DNA of 63,945 nt, the filler included, from Reclinomonas americana ATCC 50394 (Eukaryota), in NCBI GenBank assembly GCA_048213135.1. It is 8 parts of 4 records of this genome, joined end to end, with 100 filler letters (N's around TTAATTAATTAA, not from the genome) between each part and the next. Parts side by side here need not be neighbours in the genome. Positions count along the whole stretch, not along the records: positions 26,553 to 37,805 come from PS015326.1; positions 37,906 to 41,733 come from PS015326.1; positions 41,834 to 53,806 come from PS015326.1; 5 more parts are not named here. One strand, written 5' to 3'. The position numbers and the translations under genes are program-made. The notes under the pieces were generated by a model that saw only the letters and a list, made by a program, of their open reading frames with translations, was not told the DNA's origin and did no database searches. Numbering within the stretch: the first letter of the stretch is position 1; each line of letters opens with the position of its first letter. Below are positions 33,861-46,806 of the stretch, piece after piece.

Positions 33861-35765
33861 ATGCACAGTCGCACCTTTCGCATCGCTCGCTTCCTGCCAG
33901 TTACGCGCGCTCTCTCTCTCTCTCTCTCTCTCTCACACTGTGAAAAGAGTCGTCTCACTCTTATCACTGACTCACACAGTTAACGGCTGTGATCGCCGTG
34001 GCCATTGTCGTCATCACAGTCTACAGTGTGACCATGTCACGCGACTGGGACGTGGCACAACAGGGCGTTCCCTTTGTCTCAGAATGCGCAGCAGCTCAGT
34101 CACTCGTTCAAACAGTCATCATTTGTCATGATCGATCATTGCTGACACTGATGACACAAACAGATCTTCCCTCAATACTATTACTTTGCCGTGTTCATCA
34201 GCACCGTGTGTGTCCCACTGTACGCCGCCACCATGATTGTCGAGTTTCTCGCCATGCGACGTCGCATGGCCGGCTTTGATGCCGACGTTGAGCGGGAGTC
34301 GACGTGCTGCTGCGCGTTTCCGCGACGTTGGAACGGCATGGCTGTCGTGTGCGGCCTGCTGGCGTGTCCGTTCCTCGTCCTGCTGGCCTCATTTGATAAT
34401 TCGCGGTACCGCGGAGCGCACAGCGTGTTTGCGGCGCTCTTCTTTTTGCTGTCGTATTTGCAGTTGTTTGCGCAAGATTTGTGCTTTTTTGGGCTGGTGA
34501 GGGCGAGGGCCAGGGCGATGCCCAAGGTTGCAGTACCGGAGGCGGGGAGGGGGAGTAGGGAGGAGGTGCTGGCGCGCGTGCATCGTACGGATCGGGTGTT
34601 TGTGTGGGTGAGAGGTGAGTGGGGGGAGAAGGGGAGGCATGGAAGGGGAAGAGGAGGCATGGAAGGGGAACGGGGCCAGAAGGAAAAGAAGGATGCACTT
34701 TGGAGAGGGAACAACGGGTACGAAGGAGACGCAGGTGCTGCAATGCGAGCGAGGGACAGAGGAAAGAGCGTGGTTGACGGTGTAGCGCTTCCTGGTTTCC
34801 AGCAGAGAGATTTGGAGAGGGAGGGCTTGGGATAGAAAGGAAACGAGGGCGGAGTGCGTGCAGCAATAAGCGAGGGGGTACGCGAAGCGAAGGCGTTGTT
34901 TTCGAGGTGTGTGAGTGTTGGAGATGGGCGGAGGCGAGAGTGACTCAATGAGCGTGGGAGCTGAGGGTGGCGAAGCGGAACGCTACTTGCAGAGCGCACT
35001 ATTCCGAAGAGCGATTGTTGAAGTACGAAAGAGTGTAACAGCACAGAGACGAAGGTGGGAGCTGGGAGCTGAGAAGCAACTCACAGCTTCTTTGCAATCA
35101 TTGCTCACCTTGCACTATCTTCTGAGGGGTTTGCTATTTGTTCTCCTATGGGCCTCGCTTTTTTCACTCCTCTCCCACTCTCTCTCTCTCTCTCTCTCGT
35201 TGTCATCCTTCCTATGCACTTTTCCGTCTCCCGTTTCTCTGTGCCAACATTGCCGTCAGCAGCAGAACGAGCTTGAAGTGCCTTGCTCATTCATTCTCCT
35301 CCTCGCACAGTGGCCCTATACATCATCATTGTGCTGGGTGAGTATTTCTATCGTGGCCTGCTCTTGTGTGACTCGACTCACTGACTCGTCTCACTTACGC
35401 TTGTCAGGTGGCATTGGCGGCTTTATCGCGCTCGGCATTGTCCGCGATCGGTGGCGCAGGATTAATTACATTGGCCCCATTGTGCAGGTGCGTGGCTTTC
35501 TTGCACGCATCTTGTTATCTCGCCACTCACCCTGTATGCTTGTCTGGGACAGTACTACTACATCATCGTGCTGTTCGCGCACGCGCTGGTCTACATTTAC
35601 GACATCTCGTCGGCCCAGTATGCCGATGAGGCGCGCCCGGTCACCAGCGTTACGGTGCCCGGCACGACGAGCTCACAGCCGGTGGTGTACATTACCACGG
35701 CGGGTCCCATCGGTTCCGGTAATGAGGTGCCGTTGAGCGTGATTGTGTCGCACAGCAATGTTTAA
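33861..35765 (+). CDS. Frag1/DRAM/Sfk1 (TMEM150/DRAM-like) family membrane protein
   Basis: MHSRTFRIARFLP|LTAVIAVAIVVITVYSVT...GVPFVSEC..FPQYYYF resembles the family PYISD.G..PPE motif. Also RWNGMAVVCGLLACPFLVLLASFD...AHSVFAALFF (family F......H...A..FF) and a last helix QYYYIIVLFAHALVYIYDI. TAA at 35765. Confidence 0.8.
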
Positions 35766-36324
35766 TTTGAAAGGAAGAGCGAGTGTACAGGCGATTTTTT
35801 TTTTAGTGGATAAGTGAGGAAGGGGGAAGGGGGAAGGGAGGAAGAATGGAGGAATGGAGAAAGAGAACGCGAGCTGAGGCAGAAAAGAGAAGGGGGAGAA
35901 GAGTTGAGGGAAAATGAGGAGGAGGAGAGGGTAACTGGCCATGACCGCTTACTGTTACCCGGCGCCCTGTTGCCAAGGCCATACCTGTGGGAGACCAGGC
36001 GTTCCACGGTTTACTGCGAACCTGCGTCGACTTTCCGTCCGCATTCGCAGCTCTTTGCCTTTTTCTCCCAACCCTTTATAAGCTTAGAGGCGGAGAGGGA
36101 AGTTGGAAGAGGATAACACGAGAATAGAAGACAAGCGGAGTGCTTTGTCGGACAGACAACCTTGTCAATCGCCTCCTGCGCCCCCTCCTCTTCCTTCCAA
36201 AACACAGCAGCGCAACGCGAACACGCATAATGTATTGTTCGCCGGGGACTGCACAGCAACGGAAAAAAACAACACTCGAGCACACCGAGCCTCAAACCAA
36301 AACGACGACTCAATTGGCAGCCCA

Positions 36325-36859
36325 CTAGGCGCGAGTGGTCTTGGAGCCAGCCACCGAGTGTCCGCGGCCCTTGGAGAAGATCACCTGTGTTCGCACGTAA
36401 GGAATGAGTGACTCCCGAGTTGCGGAGGAAGCTCCACTGCAACACGAAACAAAGATGGCGTGCAGAATGCCGGGGATCCTGCGAACAGGCAGAGCGAGTG
36501 AGCTGCTCGTCACTGCAGATGCAACAGAAGAGCGCACGCGCACGCACCAGAAGAACAGCGTCAGCACGCAGTTGATAAAGAAATGATCGATGCAGCTGTG
36601 CATAGTGGTAAGAGACAGCGAACACCGAGTACAGGAAAGCAACGACGAACCCACTGCGCAGCACGCAAGCACGAGGCAATCACCAGCGAGCGAGTGAGTG
36701 AGTTAGAGGACACGATTGCTGTGAGGTTTTGTATGACTTACGCTGTGAAACAGAGAGACGAGGCGAGTGAGTCGAACTCGGTCTGCGTTGTGGGTGTGTG
36801 AGAGAGAGAAGGGCAAACCTCGCAGGAGAACAGCCAGTGGCGGGAGCAGAATGGCCGTG
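36325..36859 (-). CDS. PMP3: Pmp3/RCI2/YqaE (UPF0057) proteolipid; 5' exon(s) not located; model includes 1-nt and 3-nt microexons
   Basis: Exons 36859-36819, 36742, 36653-36651, 36595-36548 and 36478 onward give TAILLPPLAVLLRAGCIDHFFINCVLTLFFWIPGILHAIFV, gap-free against the family pattern AILLPPLGVFLxxGCxxxFxIxxxLTLxGYIPGIIxAxYV. The 3' end is uncertain (read-through stop at 36325). Confidence 0.85.
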
Positions 36860-36918
36860 CTGAAGGAAGGCGAGGATAGTCAGCGTGATGAGAGAGGGAT
36901 GGGTGGGTGGGTGAGGGA

Positions 36919-36971
<53 letters not shown>

Positions 36972-37715
36972 GAGGGAGGAGGCGGAGGAGGAAGGAAGGA
37001 ACGGAGGAGGAGGAGGAGGANNNNNNNNNNNNNNNNNNNNNNNNNNNNNNNNNNNNNNNNNNNNNNNNNNNNNNNNNNNNNNNNNNNNNNNNNNNNNNNN
37101 NNNNNNNNNNNNNNNNNNNNNNNNNNNNNNNNNNNNNNNNNNNNNNNNNNNNNNNNNNNNNNNNNNNNNNNNNNNNNNNNNNNNNNNNNNNNNNNNNNNN
37201 NNNNNNNNNNNNNNNNNNNNNNNNNNNNNNNNNNNNNNNNNNNNNNNNNNNNNNNNNNNNNNNNNNNNNNNNNNNNNNNNNNNNNNGAGAGAGAGAGAGT
37301 GAGGGAGGAGCGCTGAGGAGAGGAACGAGCGGAGGAGAGGAGGAAGTGAGGAAAGGGAAGGGAGGGAAAAGACAGCGTGAGCGACAGAATAAGAGTGAGC
37401 GAGTGAAGTATGATGGATTCTTGAGAGCGCTGGGTGGGTGGGTGAAGAGAGAGACAGAGGGGGGAGAGAGGAAACAGAGAGGGAGGGAGGGAGGGACGGA
37501 AGGAGGGAAGGAGGGAAGGAGGGAGGGAGGGAGGAAAGGGAAGGGAGGGTGCACAGGGAAGGAAGAGAAAGTTTGAGCGAGAGAGCAAGAGTGAGTGACA
37601 AGTGTGATGGATTCTTGAGAGAGGGGATGGGTGGGTGAGTAAGTGCGTCCGTGTGTGTGAGAGAGAGAGAGAGCGAGAGAACTAGTGAGTGCATGTGGAG
37701 TGAGCGAGTGCGATT

Positions 37716-37783
<68 letters not shown>

Positions 37784-37905
37784 GAGGAGGTAGGGTGACG
37801 AGTAGNNNNNNNNNNNNNNNNNNNNNNNNNNNNNNNNNNNNNNNNNNNNTTAATTAATTAANNNNNNNNNNNNNNNNNNNNNNNNNNNNNNNNNNNNNNN
37901 NNNNN

Positions 37906-37981
<76 letters not shown>

Positions 37982-38207
37982 TCTTCTTCTTCTTCTTCTT
38001 CTTCTCTTCCTTTTTCTTCTTCTTCTCCTTCTTGTCCTTCTTGTCCTTGTTCTCCTTCTTCTTCGTCTCCTCATCCTCCTTCTCCTCTTTATCCCCCTCC
38101 TTCTATTCTTCTTCTTCTTTTCTCCCTCCTCTTCTTTCTCTTTTACTTCTTCTCGTCATCCTTGATGTCTTCCGGCTGCTGAGTGCTTCCTCTTCGTTGT
38201 GCTGCAG

Positions 38208-41200
38208 CCACCCAGTCGCTGGCCACGCTCGCGGCCAGCAGTGTGACAACATCGTTGGCAACATTGAATGCGGTGGTGGGCAACTCCGTGGCGGCCTCGA
38301 CGATGACAAACTCATTCGAGTGGGCGCCGACATCAGCGGCGCTTGGTGCCACGCCAGCCGTATCGACGTGGTTGGGCACGGCGGGCATGACTGGCTCGAC
38401 AGATGGTACTGGCACAGCTGCTCGTTTCAACGCCTCTGTGGTAGGCATCTCTTCACACGCTTCACATATAACCATTTACTGATGTGAAGTCGCAGAGTAT
38501 CGCGCTAGATGCTTCTGGCACCGCATTTGTATGTGATCAAGCAAATCACTCGATTCGGCGAGTGACGAGCGGCGGCGTGACGTCGACATTTCTGGGAAGT
38601 GCTGGTGTGCCGGGCTTTGTCGACGGAATCGGTAATGTTGCACGGTTCAGCCTTCCAAGCGATGTGTCGATTGACTTGACCACTGGGTACCTGTACATCG
38701 ATGATGTTGAGTTGTGATTGTGCTTCCTTTCCAAGGCGTCTGCTCGGCTACTCACAGTCTGGCTCTGCAGAACAACAACCATGCCATCCGTGTGAGCACT
38801 CCTTCTGGTTCTGTGTCTACTCTGGCTGGTAACGGGACGTCAGGCTCGGCGAATGGCACCGGATCGAGTGCGAGATTCAATGGTCCGCATGGCATCGTGG
38901 TTGATGCGGCCAACAAAGCAGTGTATGTTGGTGATGTCGTCAATTGTGTTATCAGGAAGGTGTGTGTGTGCGTGTGTTTGCAATTGCGATAGTCCTGTAA
39001 CTTCGTCCAGTGCTTATGTGCTTACCGCAGGTCACCTATGGCGGCGAAGTCACCACCTACTGTGGCACGATTGGGTCGTCGGGAACCGTTGATGGAGCAT
39101 GTGCAACAATAGCGCGGTTTGGTACACCGAACGGCTCGACGCTTGACACGGCAGCCAATCGGATGTATGTCGGTGAGTGTGCTCATCTCTGCGTCGACTG
39201 GCCACCGACTACTGGTGACGTGCTCTCACACTTTCGAGATGAGCAGCTGATCGACATCGCCACAACATTCGTGCGATTGACATGCTGGCGATGACTTTGT
39301 CGACTCTGGCAGGCTCGCTCGCCGGGTCTCCAGGGTCGACAGATGCCACGGGCACTGCGGCTCTTTTCAACCAACCCATTGGCATCCAGCTTGATCGTGG
39401 CCGAGGCGTTCTTTATGTTTCAGAAGTTGCGTGTTCTGCAGTTCAGCGTGCGCTGTGAATTTTCTCGTCGCCTAACTTTGTACAATCTGTTGCGTCATGA
39501 AGTTTGCCGGACATACCATTCGCCAAGTTGTCGTGAACACGGGCGCCGTTACAACCATTGCTGGAGCTGCAGGAGTCGGTGGATCAGCCGACGGAAGCCC
39601 GCTGACCGTTGCTCGACTCAACGGGCCGGTTCGTCTACTTTCATCGTGACTCCTGCCAAGAAAACTGTCAATTTGACGACTCGTTGACTCCAGGTATTCA
39701 TGGCGTATGATACCACGGCGTCCGTCTTGTACATTGCAAGTGCGTGTGCCTCCCGTTAATATCGTCTTTCTTCCGCCTTGTTCCTCAACATTGAAGTCTG
39801 CAGATCATATTGGTTCAACTGTTCGCCGACTCACCATCGGCTCCTTTACCATCTCGGCCACCCCGTCCACCTCTGGCGTTGCTTCGAGCACCGCTCTTAC
39901 CGCATCACTGACTTCACTCGCCGCCAACTGGACGTACTATTTTCGTGCCCTCGCCACCTCCACCGTGCCCACCACGCTCACCGGCTCCACCGTGTCATTC
40001 ACCACCTCCAACTCGGCGCCGACCAATGCTGCGTGTACTGGCACCACCACATATGTCGCACCGTCGACGGCCAGCGTGCCACTGTGCACGATGAGCACGA
40101 GTGACGACAACGTGGGACAGTCGTTTACGTACGCGGTTAGCGGTGGAGCGAACGGCGCTGCGTTTTCGGTGAGCGCTGGCGCACAGCTGCAGATCACCAC
40201 GGCGGGGCAGTCGACAAGTCCGCTGGTTGTCATAGTCCGGTCGTTTGACAACGGCACGCCGCCGATGTTTGTCGACAAGACATTCAGTGTGACGTCGGGT
40301 GAGTGGATGATTGATTGAGAATGTTGTGTCTCGATGCTGACCTTGTCTTCCCGCAGTGAACAATGCACCAACGGCGGTGACACTGAGTGCGAGCTCGTAC
40401 TTCCCGCCCAGCGCGGTGGGACAGGCGATCGGCGCGATGAGCACGAGTGATGTGGACTCGCAGCAGTCGTTCACGTATTCGGTGGTGGGTGGTGCGAGCA
40501 GCGCGTTGGTGACGATTGTGTCTGGCAACCAGCTGCAGTTTGCGAGTGCGGGTGTGACGGCGTCGCTGGTGGTGATTGTGCGCACGACCGACAATGGCAA
40601 TCCCGCCATGTCGTTCGATCAGACGCTCAACATTGCGAGTTGCGTGCCATTCTGACTGCGTCTGATGCTCTTGCACGTCGATACTGACTGCCTTCCTGCA
40701 GTCCCCACTGTGACATCGCTGTCGGCCACGTTTGTGTCGGCACTGGCCGGTCAAATGATTACACTGACGGGAACTGCACTGGTGAACAACTCGGCTGATG
40801 GGTCGGCGTATGTGGTGGCTACTCCTCTCTGTGGTGCCGCGACGCCGCCAACGGCCGTGGCCAGCACCACCGTCAGCAGTGTATTCGGCAGTGCGACCAG
40901 CATCACGCTGACGATCGGGGCGGCGGGTGCAGCCACAGGCACATACGAACTGTGCACACGATGGTCGCCAACCAAGACATATCTGGCCGTGTCGGCATTT
41001 GCCATTGGTGAGGAACGAGGGGAAGGGAGAGCGCAGAGAACATTCGGCCGTTGTTTTGCTTGTTTGCTTGTGTGGAGATCTAGAACTGTGCTTCATTCCT
41101 TCATGTTGTTCTTCTCTCTATCGCTATTTATCTCTCTCTTCCCTCTCCCTCTATGTGCATAGATGTCGGTATGTATGTAAGCATGTGTTTTTATGCGAGT

Positions 41201-42638
41201 GTCAGCTGACCATAATTATGTGCAGGGAGTGTTGGTCCGAGTGACATTCTGCTGTCTGGACCGCAGACGTACTCGAGTGCGACGGTGCCATTCACCGTGG
41301 GCACACTGAGCATGCTGGATCTTAACACGGGACAGACGCCGACATTCACTATTGTTGGTGGTGTGCACGCGGCTTTGTTTAGTCTGGTTGGTGGCAACCA
41401 GCTGACAATCTCGGTGGCGCCGCCACTGAGTCGGCGACTGCAAGTGTTTGTGCAAGTGAGCGATGGGGCGCTGACGTACACCAAGCAGTTCTCGATTGTG
41501 TATGGTGCGCAATGGGGGGAAGGAGATAACAGTAGGGTGGAACAGATTGACAGGGGAGAGGGGCTAAGTGCCAATATGTTTGTGCACATCTGAGAATGGC
41601 GAGGGAAGACAAACAGAGGAATCGAGGTGAAGAGTGGAGGGTGAACAGTAGTGGGTCAAAGATTACTGCCTGAGAGTGGAAAGAAGGCAGCGTCGTCGTG
41701 AATCCAAGGCCAGGCTTGAGGAGGGAGGACTGTNNNNNNNNNNNNNNNNNNNNNNNNNNNNNNNNNNNNNNNNNNNNTTAATTAATTAANNNNNNNNNNN
41801 NNNNNNNNNNNNNNNNNNNNNNNNNNNNNNNNNCACTAAGGGGGACGGCACTAACATGGCTTGCCTGCGTGTGCAGCAATGAGCACAGGTTGTTCAACGG
41901 TGCAGAATGGAGCTGTGGCTTGTTGCGTTACTTGTGGGCTTTCGTTCTCGGCATCTTCTGCTGTCTCACTCGCACTCGCTTCGAGCAGCGGCTTTGGAAG
42001 TGTGCCAGTTCGAGGCAGTGGATCGACCTGGTGGCACAATCGTGGGCACGATGCCTTCTGTTCTCAGCGAAGTCGGATGCTGCGAACTGTGCGACCAGTA
42101 CCCTCTGTGCCGATCGTGGACCTTCTTGGATGCTGCTGCGGCATCCAACTCTCTCGGCGTGAATTTGTGCACGCTGAAGGCACGTTGTCGGTGATCTCCG
42201 AAAGAGATTGTGAGGAAATGACATGCTCACCGGTGAATGCAGAGCACCGTGCCAGCAGCAGCAGCCAATGCAGAGACCAGCAACGTGTGTGGCTCCCATT
42301 TCTGCTTGGTGTCGGGACGCAAGACAAGTGCGGCGGCGTATGACAGCAGCGGCTTCCTGACCAGCACGGGTGAGTCTTCGGAGAGATGAGAGATGCGTGA
42401 CTGACATGTGGCTTATTGTTTGCATGCAGATCGACCTGGTGGCGATCTCACGTGGGCGATCAAGACAACAACTGGACCCCAGGCCTGCTCGCTGTGGTGC
42501 TCTCAGCTGACTGCATGCGGCTCGTGGACGTTCACGGCCTCGACAAAACAGTGTGTGCCGAAGAGTGGCGTGGTGGCCACGTCGACGGCGACCGCGTGTG
42601 CGACGAGCGGTGATTGCACGTCGGGTTTGAAGATATGA
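38208..42638 (+). CDS. Paralog 3 of the secreted NHL/FN3/cadherin/IPT/PAN protein (5' part not seen in this contig)
   Basis: Complete second FN3/NHL module, including the exon at 39247-39425 that falls in gaps in the other copies. Same downstream exons; ends DCTSGLKI TGA at 42638. Crosses linker 41734-41833 colinearly. Confidence 0.9.
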
Positions 42639-42713
42639 AGCAGCACACAACGATATCGAAACACGCTTCCACATGTCTCAATTAGAGTTGCCGTGTCAAT
42701 GCTCACTGACACT

Positions 42714-42952
42714 TCACTCTACAAGGTATCTGCCAACAAGCCTCTCTACCTCAGCTAGCGGCACATTTATCTGTCGAGATAAATCAGCCTTGGCAGCCGG
42801 GTTGAGCGACAAGAAGCGAAGGACAAAGTCCACGTCGATCGAGTCGGGAGCACCTGCAGTGCGAGGTAACCAATGAGCAATCCAGAGATAAAGGCTCGAG
42901 CAAGCGACATGGAAATAAGATCGATAAAGATGGAGAACGAGGGAGAGAAATA

Positions 42953-42983
<31 letters not shown>

Positions 42984-43037
42984 GAGGAGAGAAGAAGAAG
43001 AAGAGAGAGAGACGNNNNNNNNNNNNNNNNNNNNGAG

Positions 43038-43099
<62 letters not shown>

Positions 43100-46000
43100 A
43101 AGAGAAAGACAGAGAGACGCAGCCTGGCAGATCACGTTCCACTCGCTGAAGGTGGCACTTGCGACACAGCAACACCTCCGATTTCTGCATCTCCCTTCTT
43201 TATCAACAGTGGCAATGATTGTGGACTTCCTTTGCTTCTGCTTTTTTGTCATACTCCAAACACAATCCCTCCGACACACACTAATCACTCCCTCTCCTGA
43301 TCCTCGCCCACTAACTTGCTGCAACAATCCTCGATTCATGGGCTTCTCTTGTAAATACTTGCTCGAGAGAAGAACCAGTGAATCAGATAAGGAGAGTGCT
43401 GCCTCTTCCGCTACAGTTCGCCACAACAAAGCGGATGTCTCCCTTTTCCCTCCGCCCTTCCCCTCCCCTGTTCCACCCAACGCACCCCTCTCAATCTCCT
43501 CCGACGACCGCGACTCGGTGCGCAATTCCGACCGCTCGTTCACCTAATCATCGCGAAAAGTTAGTCCTGCTGTCTCCCTTCCTCCCTTCCCCTTCCCCTC
43601 TTTCGCAACTTCCAAACTCGCCGCAAATTGCCCCTCCCGCAAAAACAGCGGCGCGCCCTGCTGCGCCACATGCCGATGAAGGAGATTCTGCAATCCACGC
43701 AAACGCAGATACTCGGTCCCCTCCACCGCCGCCAGCGACCCGACCACCCCATTGCGTGCAATCCACAGCACCGGTGGCATCCCTTCGCCCGCCTCCGCCA
43801 CCTCCTTCTCCGCCCCCCGCATCACGGCATCCACCTCGGCCTCCGCGGCAGCCACCATGCGCACGGGTTGTATGCCGAGGCGACCGCACTCGAAATGCAC
43901 CACCGACGCGTACACGCGTAATCGTGAGCCCACCAGCAGCGCCTGCACCGGCCGCTGTGCGTGCTCATACCCAGTGTGCAGGTCACTGTGCGGGAAAAAT
44001 GAATAACGACAGGGGGGAAACCACATTGACGACTCTTGTGCGCAACGGCGGTGGCAACTCGACCGGCGGGAGTGGCGCAGCGGGCATATTCAGCTGGCGC
44101 ACGTACAGTTCGACAAACAGCTGCATGCGTCGATCGTCGTCTTCGGTCTCCACTGGTAGTCCGCTTGGTCCCTGTGTGGTGGAGATATGGGTACAGCTGG
44201 AGGACAGACACGAAGTTCTTCAAGCAGTACCTCGCCGGCCTTGGTGTCGCCAACGAGCTCCAGATAATAAACAGCCTGGTCATAGTCGGCCACCACGCAG
44301 CTCGGCGACGGCGTTGTCGACGAAAGGATGCGCGTCGTGGCAGCAATCATGGGCGACGCATCCTGTGTGACGTCGAAACATATGTCGATGCACGCATGTT
44401 CTCACCTCAGCGACGAATGAAACGCACCTGCCCAAGGGAGTGCATCGTCCAGGAACCGACATCCAGATGCATCAGGCACACCGAGCCGTACAGTAGCCCG
44501 GTGGTGATCACATACTCTGCGTTCACAAAAAAATACAGGCGTTAAATTCACCGCTCACACACCCAACAAAGAGAGCTCACGCAACGGTGGACCGCGAGCG
44601 GCAACGCACGACAATCGAGCGAGACGCAAGCGTTGAAATTGACGGACCGAGCAAAGCACCGTTCACGCACAGCAACAGCCGCCGCCGGCCCAGTGTCGGC
44701 CGACGCCACTTCTTCCGCACGTTCCAGAGCGAATCTGCGTCAATCATCACGTGAGTGCCGCTAATTTCGTCTCGCCGCAGTGCGATCAAGGCAACCTCAA
44801 ACGCCGTGTCCTCTCGCGCGCCTCCGGTGTACAAAACACCGATTCGACTGTCAGTGAGCCGACCAGCGGCTCAACGGTGCACTCAAAGGCGCACACTCGA
44901 TTGCCAATGGCGGCAGCCAGCGTACCGGAGCGTACCTCGCACACCGCCTCGCAAGCACCCTGCATCAATGACGATGAAAAACCTCACTGAGCAATGCATT
45001 GTGCGGATATCACGCTTCTTTACCTGACCGAGGGGTGTCAGAGCCAGCAGTGACACCTCCACTGCCTCCTCTGCCCGACGATGCAGATACCACAGTGACA
45101 GGAGTGCCGGACTCATTTGCGACACGACCGCGAGGACACTATCAGAAAAGTGAGAAAACGACAAAGCTCATGNNNNNNNNNNNNNNNNNNNNNNNNNNNN
45201 NNNNNNNNNNNNNNNNNNNNNNNNNNNNNNNNNNNNNNNNNNNNNNNNNNNNNNNNNNNNNNNNNNNNNNNNNNNNNNNNNNNNNNNNNNNNNNNNNNNN
45301 NNNNNNNNNNNNNNNNNNNNNNNNNNNNNNNNNNNNNNNNNNNNNNNNNNNNNNNNNNNNNNNNNNNNNNNNNNNNNNNNNNNNNNNNNNNNNNNNNNNN
45401 NNNNNNNNNNNNNNNNNNNNNNNNNNNNNNNNNNNNNNNNNNNNNNNNNNNNNNNNNNNNNNNNNNNNNNNNNNNNNNNNNNNNNNNNNNNNNNNNNNNN
45501 NNNNNNNNNNNNNNNNNNNNNNNNNNNNNNNNNNNNNNNNNNNNNNNNNNNNNNNNNNNNNNNNNNNNNNNNNNNNNNNNNNNNNNNNNNNNNNNNNNNN
45601 NNNNNNNNNNNNNNNNNNNNNNNNNNNNNNNNNNNNNGAGGGAGAGCGGGAGGGGGAGAGGGAGAGCGGGAGGGGGAGAGGTAGGGAGGAAAAAGAAAGG
45701 GAAAGGGAGAGGGAGAGAGAGGGGAAGGGGAGAGGGGGAGAAGGAGAGATCGCGCACCACACTTGCTGTTGACCGGCGGTTATCGTCAGGTTCAGCGGGC
45801 ACATGGCGGAAAAGGCGTTTCCCGGCTGTGGCATGGTTTCGCGATGAAGCTCCTGACTCATGTCGTCCATGTCGAAGAAACACAGACTCGACTGTGATAA
45901 ACGGAAGATGAGCTTCATCTCTTTCTTTCTCTCAAAGCAAAGTCCTCTTCCAGCGGCTTCGGCCATCCTTAGTTCAAGCCTATCTCTCTGCCTCTTCTAC

Positions 46001-46765
46001 CATCGCTCTCCCGTCCACTCTCTTTGAGCTCCCTTCATCGCCCATCTTCAGCGATGTACATGCATCTCTTGATTGAAGGCAAAATCTCTCACCACCTGAT
46101 AGTCATCCAATCCAGTCTCCGTTCTCCTCTCACTGTCCCTTTCCCCACCATCTCCCTTTCCTTTTGTGCCCCTTGTTCCTCACCATCCCCCTCGAGTCCT
46201 CGCCAATCACCGCCACACATCTCCACGCTGGCATCACACACACGTGCTCTGCCGCCAAGTTGTGCACGACCGTCGGCTCAAAGACAACACGCGCCTGGGC
46301 CTCCACGTCAATGACCAAGAAACCGGCATCTGCAATTGGCTCGTTAACACTCTGGTCGCGTTCATCGCTCCCTGCGTCACCCGCCACGCACCTGCGCTGT
46401 CGTCGCCAATCACAACCGCCATTGCCGTGCTCTCCGCCGTGTACGGTGTGCGCAGCGCACATGCACTGTGATGCGGTGCAGCTCGTTGATGACACACTCG
46501 GTCCACCGCGAAACGGTGGTCACCGGCATCGATCTCGTGCACCGTCACCAGCGCATCCTGATCACTCTGCAGATAGAATGCTGTACGAGGACGGCAAAGA
46601 CGGTGAGCAGCCGCGCACACGGACGGTTGCGGCTGCATTCATGCGTACCTGTGCCTCCGTGCACACTCAGCCGCTCACAGGAAACACTTTGTGCGCCAAT
46701 CACAGCAGTTGAGAGGGAGGCTGCGGATAATAATAGTATGAATGAAGAGATAATTCCAGAGATTC

Positions 46766-46806
<41 letters not shown>

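Noticed and set aside
34094..34163. Additional GC donor (GCTCAG) in the DRAM-like gene
   Set aside because: It fits the family spacing better, but an in-phase GT donor exists at 34106; undecidable without RNA.
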